Shown: positions 49,001-57,364 of the stretch, piece after piece
How the letters are laid out: each line of letters opens with the position of its first letter
Numbering within the stretch: position 1 is the stretch's first letter
Origin: an uncultured delta proteobacterium
GTDB taxonomy: Bacteria > Desulfobacterota > Binatia > UBA9968
Direction of reading: 5' to 3'
DNA length: 64,000 nt
Assembly: GCA_963771465.1 (NCBI GenBank)
Contig: CAVYTU010000015.1
Location: 1,056,001 to 1,120,000 of the forward strand
Made by a program: the position numbers and the translations under genes
The notes under the pieces: model-generated
Told to the model about the DNA's origin: nothing
Seen by the model: only the letters and a program-made list of their open reading frames with translations
Databases searched by the model: none

Positions 49001-49414
49001 TTGTTGCGTTCTTGTGACTTCGCTGATGTCGAGCACAGGTACGTCGACAGCTCGTACGGCCATCAGAATCTGCACTGGAACGCCATTGTCGGCCAATGCG
49101 TATGTCGTGCGCAGCACTTCATGCCGTTCTGCGATTGTATTCAGAGCGCCTTGAAGTGCGTTGATATTTAACTCACCGTCCAGGCGTAGCGCCGAGGCTT
49201 CATTGTAGGTGCAACTTTCCGGTTCCAGTTGATTCAGAAACCAGAGCCGCTGCTGGGCGAAGGAAAGCGGTATAGCAGCATGTGTGCTGCGCCGTGGAAT
49301 CGTCACACCCGTTGTGCGTTCAGTCCGTTTCTGCTGCAACTTCAGTTCAAGCCACTCGCGTTTCGCAGGGGACAGACTGGCTAAGCGAACACTTAAATCT
49401 TCGCTATGCGTCAC
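46049..49414 (-). CDS. NRPS module C-A-T (A code read as DVWHFSLIDK, Ser-like)
   Basis: N-terminal LASLSPAKREWLELKL; HHIASDGWS; FDVSVWEFF; MHFVPS; YGPTEASID; GGHSL; ELAQLLGEVEATTEEDAQK. Confidence 0.93.
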   Translation of the reverse strand: MTHSEDLSVRLASLSPAKREWLELKLQQKRTERTTGVTIPRRSTHAAIPLSFAQQRLWFLNQLEPESCTYNEASALRLDGELNINALQGALNTIAERHEVLRTTYALADNGVPVQILMAVRAVDVPVLDISEVTRTQQDVQVQRLALELKTRPFDLINDLPLRLALIRLSPISHVLVAVIHHIASDGWSRGVFSRELASLYNSVSQGRPNPLSGLPVQYADYAVWQREWLQGEVLEKQLAYWKGQLEDVPTLNLPTDRPRGGLAKDSGAKKTLTLPKTLIDRLKALSSQQGATLFMTLLAAFQVLLHRYTGQDDIAVGSPIAGRTRTETEGLIGFFVNTLVLRTKLSGDPTFKELLSRVRITALQAYEHQDLPFEKLVEELNPERSQSQTPLFQVSLAVQNVPQSNLDIPELKVTPVEINSSTAKFDLAAAFIEHEREMTVRIEYRRELFEAATIERMFGHFERLLEGIVANPEQRISKLPLLNDAEKHQLLVKWNDTRAEYPKDQSIHELFEEQVERTPEAVAVVYEDQQMTYRELNQKANQLAHYLGERGVRAEALIAVFMERSLEMVIAILGVLKAGGAYVPIDPDTPTDRLKFMLQDTQTPLILTQERFSSYLEEFVDQRICLDSAWEELSRESQENPKSQVDGETAAYTIYTSGSTGTPKGVINVHGGLRNRLQWMQESYQLTAADRVLQKTPFTFDVSVWEFFWPLISGATLVIARPGGHRDSAYLLQVIQSKRITTMHFVPSMLGVFLQEAGVENCPSLKRVFCSGEALSYELQQLFFERIGAPLHNLYGPTEASIDVTAWKCRGDRDRTVVPIGRPIANTQVYILDQYLAPVPIGVVGEIHIGGLGLARGYLNQPELMAEKFIYRSFEGEPARRLYKTGDLARYLPDGNIEFIGRMDDQVKIRGYRIELGEIEAVLVQHPMVQSSVVVVREDEPGDKRLVGYVVARLKETFDAAEVRQYLKHKLPEYLIPAALVLLDELPLTPSGKVDRRALPAPDQNGLQLANVYQPPRTPTEETLVTIWGKVLKLDKVGIYDNFFDVGGHSLLGTQVMSRIRSAFSIDLPLRHMFESPTVAEMADVITQSQWKQASEAELAQLLGEVEATTEEDAQKMLTT

Positions 49415-51390
49415 GAACTCGTCTCTCCTTTCACATTTTCAAGAACTCTTCGCGCTTCTTCCTCCGTCATCGCCTCGATACCACTCAACATCGTCGCCAG
49501 TTCTGCGTCGCTTGCCCGCTTCGCTTGATTCTGCGTGATGACGGCCGCTATTTGAGCAACCGTCGGTGAATTGAAAAGACCTATGATGGGCACGTCTAGT
49601 TTGAATGTTTGGATCACCCGTGAGATCACTCGCATCGCAGCGAGTGAATGACCGCCGAGGTCGAAAAAGTTGTCCTGGATGCCTACCTGATCGAGAGACA
49701 AAACCTCCCCCCAGATACGGCACAATGCTTCCTCTATGGGAGTTCGCGGCGGGACATAGGGATTGTCCAGTTCAGGCCGGCTGTTGGTCGGCGCGATAAG
49801 AGCATTGCGATCGATTTTGCCGATCCCGATGACCGGCATCTTATCGAGAAATACAAAAGCCGACGGCACCATGTAGTCGGGAAGTTTTACTTTTAGCGCA
49901 GCGCGCAGTGCACTCGTCGTGGGAGTAGGGGGGCTCCGCAAAACAATATAAGCGATCAGGCGCTTGTTACCAAAAACATCGTCTCGCGCCGCCACGGCCG
50001 CTTCCTTAACTGAATCGAGATCCATAAGAGCCATCTCAACTTCAGCGATTTCGACTCTATAGCCGCGGATCTTGACCTGAAAATCTTTGCGCCCTAAATG
50101 CACCAGACAGCCGTCGGCAAGCAGCTCTCCCAAGTCGCCGGTTCGGTAGAGTCGCGATATACCGTCGGGCGAAATAGGAACAAATGCCGCGCTGGTGAGG
50201 TCCGGCCGGCGCCAGTACTGTGGGGACAGATAGCGACTCCTGACAGCGATTTCGCCTGGTTGCCGGAAGCCAACGTCGTTGCCATCCTCATCGAGAACTG
50301 AGACTTCTTTGTCCTTCACAGCGTAGCCAACGGGCATGACGCTGCTCGCGATCTGCGAAGCGTGATCGACCAGATAGCGATTGAGCAGCCCAGTTTCGTT
50401 CGGTCCATACCAGTTAACGAAGATGCAGCGCTCGGGGAAATGCTTTCGGTAAAGTTCGACATCCCTTCGATAGACCGTTTCTCCCATCAATTTTATCAGT
50501 CGCACGTGAGAAAATTGCTCGACTCCGTTGAGCGTGGAGATGAAATCGCGAAAAGCCGATGCGACAGAATTATAAATGGTAATTTTCTCATCGATCAGCC
50601 AACGTGCTAGGTTATTTAGCCCTTCCTGTTTTATCTCGAGAGGATAGACGGTAGCGCCATTCAATACGGCGCGAAACATGTCGCGTCCTTGGGAAGCGAG
50701 AAATGTCAACCGATCTTCGGCACAGATGTGTAGATCGTTTGTCTCGGTCATGATGTAGTGCAAAAAGTTGCGATGATTTTCCACGATACCCTTGGGCTCG
50801 CCAGTCGAACCTGAGGTATAGAGGATAAAGGCAAAGTCATCGGGCGTGGATGAAACCGTAGGTGCCACATCATCGAGACTGGAATTCAAGTGATCGATAT
50901 TGAGGATAGAGAGTGTCGGGGCCAGCTCCGCGGCCTGCGAGCAAAATTCCTCGTCCACCACGATCAGCCCGGTTTGAGAATCGCCCAACATATAGCGTAG
51001 TCGCGCATGGGGTAGTGTTGGGTCTAAGAACACGAACATCTTTCCGGCCTTCAAGACACCGAGAATTGCGACCACAAGCGAAGCGCCTTTTGAAAATAGT
51101 AATGCAATAGGTTCCCGTCCGGCTCCTCGTCGAGCTAAAATCGCTTGGGCCACACAGTTGGCTGCGCTGTTCAATTCCAGGTAAGTGAACTGGCGGTTCC
51201 GCGTTTTCACTGCGATTCGATCCGGATACATCCGCACGATCTTTTCAAACCTCGCCGAGATCGATGTCTCGACGTCTTCGATCGGAAACTCGACGAACGT
51301 TCCCGACGGATGAAAACACTTATCCCGAATCGCCTGCTGCTCTGGCGGAAGATTGAAGCCATGATTTAAATAATCGTTCATCTCCATCAC
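49411..51390 (-). CDS. stand-alone A-T didomain (paralog 4)
   Basis: LPPEQQAIRDKCFHPSGTFVEFP; YTSGSTGEPKG; YGPNE; MPVIGIGKIDR; GGHSL; ELATMLSGIEAMTEEEA. Confidence 0.9.
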   Translation of the reverse strand: MMEMNDYLNHGFNLPPEQQAIRDKCFHPSGTFVEFPIEDVETSISARFEKIVRMYPDRIAVKTRNRQFTYLELNSAANCVAQAILARRGAGREPIALLFSKGASLVVAILGVLKAGKMFVFLDPTLPHARLRYMLGDSQTGLIVVDEEFCSQAAELAPTLSILNIDHLNSSLDDVAPTVSSTPDDFAFILYTSGSTGEPKGIVENHRNFLHYIMTETNDLHICAEDRLTFLASQGRDMFRAVLNGATVYPLEIKQEGLNNLARWLIDEKITIYNSVASAFRDFISTLNGVEQFSHVRLIKLMGETVYRRDVELYRKHFPERCIFVNWYGPNETGLLNRYLVDHASQIASSVMPVGYAVKDKEVSVLDEDGNDVGFRQPGEIAVRSRYLSPQYWRRPDLTSAAFVPISPDGISRLYRTGDLGELLADGCLVHLGRKDFQVKIRGYRVEIAEVEMALMDLDSVKEAAVAARDDVFGNKRLIAYIVLRSPPTPTTSALRAALKVKLPDYMVPSAFVFLDKMPVIGIGKIDRNALIAPTNSRPELDNPYVPPRTPIEEALCRIWGEVLSLDQVGIQDNFFDLGGHSLAAMRVISRVIQTFKLDVPIIGLFNSPTVAQIAAVITQNQAKRASDAELATMLSGIEAMTEEEARRVLENVKGETSS

Positions 51391-53378
51391 TCTTCGAGCT
51401 TGGCGCGTTCTGGAGCAAGCCGTTTCAGGGCTTCTTCCTCCGACATCGCCTCCACTTCGCGGAGCACTATTTGCGCTAGCTCATTATCGCTCGCCCGCTT
51501 CGATTGGTGCTGTGAGATAATGGCCGCCATCTCTGCAACGGTCGGAGCCTCGAAGAGCGCTTTGACGGGTAGTTCCAGTTTGAATGTTTGAATAACCCGA
51601 GAAATCACCCGAGATGCTGCTAGCGAGTGGCCACCGAGATCGAAGAAATTGTCATGAATGCCTACTTGATCCACTGACAACACTTTCGACCAGATCGAAG
51701 TCAGTTGGTCTTCCGTTGTCGTGGCCGGTGGTGCGTAAAGACTGCTTAAGTTAGGGCGTGCGTTTCCGGGATCAGGTAGCGCCCGGCGATCAACTTTACC
51801 GTTGGGTGTCAGGGGAAGGAAATCCAAGAACACGAAGACGGAAGGAATCATGTAGTCAGGAAACACTTCTCTTAAGTGATGACGCAATTCCCTTACCCGG
51901 AGAATTTCAAACTGGATGGGAGCGAGGTAGGCGATGAGACGGTCGTCTCCATTTTCTCCTTTTGCAATCTTAACGACACTCTGTCTGACGGCTGGGTGAT
52001 TACTGAGCTGCGCTTCTATTTCCTGCAACTCAATGCGGATACCGCGTATTTTGACCTGAGAATCTTTTCGTCCGACGTATTCAAGACAGCCGTCCGGACG
52101 CATACGACCCAGATCTCCGGTAACGTAAATGCGCTCGTTTCCTCCTGTTGGATCGGGAAAGAATACAGCCCGTGTTAAGTCCGGGCGCCTCCAGTAGCCC
52201 GGCGAAAGATACCGACTCTTCACGCATATCTTACCAATTTGGTTATGGTCAACTTTGTTACCACTCTCGTCAACTAAGAACACCTCAGTGCCCGCTATCC
52301 CATAACCCACGGGCATAAACGTACCGCAAAGCTGCGTTTGCTCATCCAGAAAATACCATCGAATGTTACCCGTTTCGGTTGTGCCTAATCGATTCAGTAG
52401 TTTACACCCAGGGGTAAAATATCTCTTATACGAATCGACATCTTGTGATGAGACAGACTCGCTCCCCAGTACGATAGAACGAAGATTGGGAAATCGCTCA
52501 TTATCAGCCAAAGAGTTTACAAACATGCGAAAAAGCGACGGCACCCAGTGAAAAATTGTAATGTCTTCGTCTTGCAGCCAGCGAGTCATATTGGGCAACC
52601 CTGTTTCTCGACTCGAGAATGGATATAGCCCGGCCCCATTTAGCAGCGCGCCGAATATGTCTAATCGAGACGCGCTGAAACCATGAGAATGTAGAAATGT
52701 GAATCGATCCTCTGGGGAGATATGGAGCCCATTGGTATAGGTCATAACCTGATGGAGTATATTACGGTGATTTTGGGTCACACCTTTCGGGTTCCCGGTT
52801 GAACCTGATGTGTAAAATACGTATCCGAGCGTATCTGCGGAAATTACCAACTCGGGATTTTGATCCATCACACTTGAGTCCAGAGCATCAATATCAACGA
52901 CGCGCGACGGCGCATGGGCAATGGCATTCGCCACGGGGAGATTGATTTTGTTGGTTAAAATAAGATCAGGTTGTACGTCTTCGATGATAGCTGTTAACCG
53001 GAAACTCGGATACGTCGGATCCAATGGGAGATAGAACTTACCCGCCTTAAGCACTCCAAGTATCGCTACGATCGCCGAGATTCCTTGCTCCACGATAAAG
53101 GCAATCGGTTCTTCGCCTTCTCCCCGCTCCGCCAGAATTGCGCAGGCCACACGATTGGCGGCCTGATTCAGGGCTCTATATGTAAGTGACCGGTTCCCCG
53201 CCTTGACCGCAATCCGTTCCGGATACATCCCAGCAATCTTCTCGAACCGCGCCGGGATCGATGTCTCGACGTCTTCCATCGGAAACTCGACGAACGTCCC
53301 GGACGGATGAAAACACTTGTCCTTAATCGCCTGCTGCTCGGGAGGAAGTTGGACACCACGTTTCGGAGAATCATTCAT
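51387..53378 (-). CDS. stand-alone A-T didomain (paralog 3)
   Basis: LPPEQQAIKDKCFHPSGTFVEFP; YTSGSTGNPKG; LGTTETG; GGHSL; ELAQIVLREVEAMSEEEA. AAGGAG RBS 7 nt before ATG 53378. Confidence 0.9.
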   Translation of the reverse strand: MNDSPKRGVQLPPEQQAIKDKCFHPSGTFVEFPMEDVETSIPARFEKIAGMYPERIAVKAGNRSLTYRALNQAANRVACAILAERGEGEEPIAFIVEQGISAIVAILGVLKAGKFYLPLDPTYPSFRLTAIIEDVQPDLILTNKINLPVANAIAHAPSRVVDIDALDSSVMDQNPELVISADTLGYVFYTSGSTGNPKGVTQNHRNILHQVMTYTNGLHISPEDRFTFLHSHGFSASRLDIFGALLNGAGLYPFSSRETGLPNMTRWLQDEDITIFHWVPSLFRMFVNSLADNERFPNLRSIVLGSESVSSQDVDSYKRYFTPGCKLLNRLGTTETGNIRWYFLDEQTQLCGTFMPVGYGIAGTEVFLVDESGNKVDHNQIGKICVKSRYLSPGYWRRPDLTRAVFFPDPTGGNERIYVTGDLGRMRPDGCLEYVGRKDSQVKIRGIRIELQEIEAQLSNHPAVRQSVVKIAKGENGDDRLIAYLAPIQFEILRVRELRHHLREVFPDYMIPSVFVFLDFLPLTPNGKVDRRALPDPGNARPNLSSLYAPPATTTEDQLTSIWSKVLSVDQVGIHDNFFDLGGHSLAASRVISRVIQTFKLELPVKALFEAPTVAEMAAIISQHQSKRASDNELAQIVLREVEAMSEEEALKRLAPERAKLEE

Positions 53379-55371
53379 GCCCATTCTCCTTGGGGCTTCT
53401 TGCGCTTTCTTCAGCAAGCCACGCCTGCACTTCTGCTTCCGTGATGGATTCCGCTTCGCACAGCAATTGCGCTAAGCCGTCGTTGGTACGCTTCGTTTGG
53501 TTGCGCGTGATAATAGCCGCCATCTCTGCCACGGTCGGAGTCTCGAAGAGGGCTTTGACAGGCAGTTCCAGGTTGAACGTTTGAATAACCCGAGAGATCA
53601 CCCGCGAAGCTGCCAGTGAATGACCGCCTAGATCGAAGAAATTGTCATGGACACCGATGGGACATATTTCCAAGACTTCTTGCCAGATCCCAACGAGTTG
53701 TAGTTCGGTTGCCGAGGTCGGCTCCATGTAGCCAACCTCCAGATTGGGACGAAGGGTCGCCGGGCTCGGCAGTCGCCGGCGATCAACTTTTCCATTGGGT
53801 GTCAGGGGAATTACGTCAAGTTGAACAAACCCAGAGGGAATCATATGGTCTGGCAATCTGTCCTTTAGAAACCATCGTAAAGTTTCAACCGTAGGCCCCG
53901 GTAACAGAGCCGACACAAAGTAGCTGACGAGTTTTTCACAACCGGCTTTATCGGTGGTGCCTATGACAACGGCATCCTTTACGCCGGAATGGCTTAACAA
54001 CGTACGTTCGATCAGTTCAGGTTCAATGCGATAGCCGCGGATTTTTAGCTGAAAGTCTTTTCGGCCTAACAAGATCAATCCACACTCCGGTGTCATGCGA
54101 CCCAGATCACCGGTTAGATAGAGTCGCTCGCTGCCGCCATTCGGATCAGAACGAAATCTTTCTTTGCTAAGCTCAGGTTGATTCCAGTAACCCTGAGCCA
54201 GAAAGCGAGTCTTAAGCGCAATCTCGCCAGTCTCGCCGACCGCAACCTCTTGACCGCTTTCGTCCAACAGCAGCAGCTGTTTGCCTTCAGGCGCCCAGCC
54301 CAGAGGTATCGGACCCACGCCCATCGCTGTTGTTTGATCCATCAGTCGCCAACTAATGGTTTGCGTCTCCGTGGCACCTATTCGATGCAAAAAAATACTG
54401 TCGCGAGAAAAATATTTTCGGTAATTCTCCACGTCGTTTTGGTTCACTGGAGCGCCCGACAGGTGGACTAAGCGCACCGACGGAAATTGAAAATCGTCCG
54501 ACAGAGGTTCGATCATCCGACGAAACACCGTCGGAATGGAATGCCAGACGGTGATCTCCTCTCGCCCTAGCCAGTTGGCTAACCCAAACGATCCGTACCC
54601 GGCCACGTCAAAAGGAAATAACGTAGCGCCAGTCAGCAATGACCCGAAAAGGTGAAGCTCGGCCGCCCGAAAGCTCAAAGAGTGAAGTAACGTGAGCCGA
54701 TCGTATCGACTCAAATGAATCTGGTTAACGAAACAGCGAATTTCGTGGAGAACGTTTACTTGATTTTCAGCAACTCCCTTAAAGTTGCCAGTCGATCCTG
54801 AAGTATGCAGGACATAGGCGAGACTGTCAGCCGTAATGGTTATCCCCGGATTTTCATCGAACTCTGACCTTTCGCCGTCCCCCATGACTAGCACTTGGCA
54901 GTCTTGTCCAAACAGCCCGACAAGACTTTGGATGTTTGCTCGGTCCGTGACGATGACTTCCGTGCCGCAATCCTGAATCACAAACTCATTTCTTGCTTTT
55001 GGATAGGCTGTGTCTAAAGGTAAGAAGAACTTGCCGGCTTTGAGGATCCCAAGAAGTGCGATAATCATTGCCGCCTGATCCAGCAAATAAATCCCTATAG
55101 GCTCTGGACGGTTGCCGCGTTGGGCCAGAAGTAGGTGAGCGACCTGATTGGCAGCTTTGTTCAGCTCGTCGTAGGTCAGCGATCGATGTATCGTCTTCAC
55201 TGCTAATCGATCCGGGTAACTCCGCACGATCCTTTCAAACCGTGCCGGGATCGATGTTTCGACATCTTCGATGGGAAACTCGACGAACGTCCCTGACGGA
55301 TGAAAACATTTTTCCCGAATCACCTTCTGCTGCAGTGGAGGTGTGAAGGCATTTTTTAGAGAATCACTCAT
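53371..55371 (-). CDS. stand-alone A-T didomain (paralog 2)
   Basis: PPLQQKVIREKCFHPSGTFVEFP; HTSGSTGNFKG; IGATET; GGHSL; LAQLLCEAESITEAEV. Confidence 0.9.
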   Translation of the reverse strand: MSDSLKNAFTPPLQQKVIREKCFHPSGTFVEFPIEDVETSIPARFERIVRSYPDRLAVKTIHRSLTYDELNKAANQVAHLLLAQRGNRPEPIGIYLLDQAAMIIALLGILKAGKFFLPLDTAYPKARNEFVIQDCGTEVIVTDRANIQSLVGLFGQDCQVLVMGDGERSEFDENPGITITADSLAYVLHTSGSTGNFKGVAENQVNVLHEIRCFVNQIHLSRYDRLTLLHSLSFRAAELHLFGSLLTGATLFPFDVAGYGSFGLANWLGREEITVWHSIPTVFRRMIEPLSDDFQFPSVRLVHLSGAPVNQNDVENYRKYFSRDSIFLHRIGATETQTISWRLMDQTTAMGVGPIPLGWAPEGKQLLLLDESGQEVAVGETGEIALKTRFLAQGYWNQPELSKERFRSDPNGGSERLYLTGDLGRMTPECGLILLGRKDFQLKIRGYRIEPELIERTLLSHSGVKDAVVIGTTDKAGCEKLVSYFVSALLPGPTVETLRWFLKDRLPDHMIPSGFVQLDVIPLTPNGKVDRRRLPSPATLRPNLEVGYMEPTSATELQLVGIWQEVLEICPIGVHDNFFDLGGHSLAASRVISRVIQTFNLELPVKALFETPTVAEMAAIITRNQTKRTNDGLAQLLCEAESITEAEVQAWLAEESARSPKENGHE

Positions 55372-55372
55372 G

Positions 55373-57364
55373 TTATTTATTGCTCATGCTTTTCGGACTT
55401 CCTGCAGGAAGCTGTTTCTGCGCTTCTAGCTCCGTCATAGCCTCCAACTCGCGCAGGATCTGCGCGAGCTCTTCGTCGCTCGCAGGCCTCGCTTGATTCT
55501 GCTTGATGATGGCCGCCATCCCGGCTACGGTCGGCGAATCGAAGAGTGCCCTCAAAGGCAGATCAAGCTGGAATGCTTTAATGACCCGGGAAATGACACT
55601 CGATGCCACCAACGAATGGCCACCGAGTTCGAAGAAGTTGTCGTGGATACCAACCTTTTCCAGTGATAACGCCTGAGCCCAAATTTGCACCAGCTGTCGC
55701 TCAGCGTCACTGCGCGGTGCAACGTACCCCACATCCAATTCCGGCCGAACTCTTGCAACATCGGGCAACCCGGCACGATCAATCTTTCCGTTCGGGGTTA
55801 GCGGGAACTCATCCAACCTGACAAACGCCGAGGGAACCATGTAATCGGGGAGTAATCTGCTCAAAAATTCCCGCAGCTCGCTTGTGGTCGGAGCTCGCTG
55901 TGCTGCTGAGATGATATACCCGATCAGTCGAGTCTCCGACGATCCATTGTCCCGTCCAACCACCACAGCGTCTCGGATTGCTGCATGGCGACGCAGAGTA
56001 TTTTCAACCTCCCCTATCTCGACGGCGTAACCGCGGATCTTGACGCGAAAATCATTGCGCCCCTTATGGACTAGACAACCGTCAGCGAGCATCAGCCCGA
56101 AATCGCCAGTATAGTACAACCGCTCATCGGACCCCTGTGGATCGGCTTTGAATTTTGCTTCGGTAAGGTCGGGCCGACGCCAATACCCGGGCGAGAGGTA
56201 CCGGCTGCGCACTACGATTTCGCCGACTTCGTTGACCCCAACCGCTTTGCCCTTGTCGTCAAGTAACAGAATGGTTTTCCCCTCAACTGCGTAACCTACC
56301 GGCAGTTCGTTTCCGGGAAACGGTACGTCTGCATCGATGAACAATGCGCAAAGCGGGCCCGTTTCAGTGGATGACAGTCCGTTGACCAGAGTACAGCTCC
56401 GCGAAAATTGCTTGCGAAATAATTCTACGTCACTCGTGTAGGCAGGTTCGCTTCTTAACCGCAGGAAACGAAGGTCGGGAAAGGCCCACGTATCGTCGAG
56501 ATTTTGGCACAGGCTTCGGAAGAGCGTCGAGCTAATTAGACAAACTGATATTTTTTCTTCTACCAGCCAGTAGGCGAGGCGTCGTACTCCTTGTTTATTC
56601 ACGTCGAAAGGACAAAGGGTCGCGCCGGTAAGCAGTGAATTGAAAATATTGGTGATCGCATTTGAAGTATTAGCTGGTAATAGCGCCATTCGATCGTGCT
56701 CACCAACACCGTTTTCGCATGTGTGTAAGCGAACGCGGTGCTGTAAGTTGCGGTGCGTTTGAATCACTGCTTTGGGCCGACCTGTGGATCCAGACGTGTA
56801 AACCAAATATGCGTATTCACTGGGCGGTATCGCCAGGCAAAGGTTTTGAGCGTTATGCTCATTGGCGATCGAATCGAACGCAACGCACTGGGGGGTAACG
56901 CTCCATCGTGGCTGCGTCGCCACGCCTTCGGTTTTATCGGAAATCACCAACCGCGCTCCGGAATCCTCTAATATTGTATTGATTCGCGATTGTGGAAATG
57001 AGGGATCTAACAAGACAAAGAACCCGCCAGCCTTTAGGACCCCGAGCAGGGCCGCGGTTTGTTCAATGCCTTTTTCTAGGAAAATTCCAACAGGCACCGC
57101 CTCCGCTAATCGCTTGGATTGGACGGAGTGGGCAACTCGATTGGCCAAGTCATTGAGCTCTGCGTAAGTAATCGAACGATCATCGGCCTTGACCGCAACT
57201 CGATTGGGATAAAGCTGTACGACCTTCTCAAACCGCTCCGGAATTGATTGCTCAACTTCGTCGATCGGAATGCCAACGCACCGATCCGCAAGATGGCAAA
57301 GGTCATCCCCGCGTTCTTGCTTTTCCGGCAGCAGTCCGACGTTCTGTTTTAGAGAATCACTCAT
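55373..57364 (-). CDS. stand-alone A-T didomain (paralog 1)
   Basis: YTSGSTGRPKA; LSSTETG; TPNGKIDR; GGHSL; ELAQILRELEAMTELEAQKQL. Start at ATG 57364 overlapping the upstream stop. Confidence 0.9.
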   Translation of the reverse strand: MSDSLKQNVGLLPEKQERGDDLCHLADRCVGIPIDEVEQSIPERFEKVVQLYPNRVAVKADDRSITYAELNDLANRVAHSVQSKRLAEAVPVGIFLEKGIEQTAALLGVLKAGGFFVLLDPSFPQSRINTILEDSGARLVISDKTEGVATQPRWSVTPQCVAFDSIANEHNAQNLCLAIPPSEYAYLVYTSGSTGRPKAVIQTHRNLQHRVRLHTCENGVGEHDRMALLPANTSNAITNIFNSLLTGATLCPFDVNKQGVRRLAYWLVEEKISVCLISSTLFRSLCQNLDDTWAFPDLRFLRLRSEPAYTSDVELFRKQFSRSCTLVNGLSSTETGPLCALFIDADVPFPGNELPVGYAVEGKTILLLDDKGKAVGVNEVGEIVVRSRYLSPGYWRRPDLTEAKFKADPQGSDERLYYTGDFGLMLADGCLVHKGRNDFRVKIRGYAVEIGEVENTLRRHAAIRDAVVVGRDNGSSETRLIGYIISAAQRAPTTSELREFLSRLLPDYMVPSAFVRLDEFPLTPNGKIDRAGLPDVARVRPELDVGYVAPRSDAERQLVQIWAQALSLEKVGIHDNFFELGGHSLVASSVISRVIKAFQLDLPLRALFDSPTVAGMAAIIKQNQARPASDEELAQILRELEAMTELEAQKQLPAGSPKSMSNK

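Noticed and set aside
40070-57364. Idea that the A-T genes are fragments of one frameshifted giant NRPS
   Set aside because: Each has its own start, conserved head and tail and coupled junctions, and no C-domain sequence lies between them.
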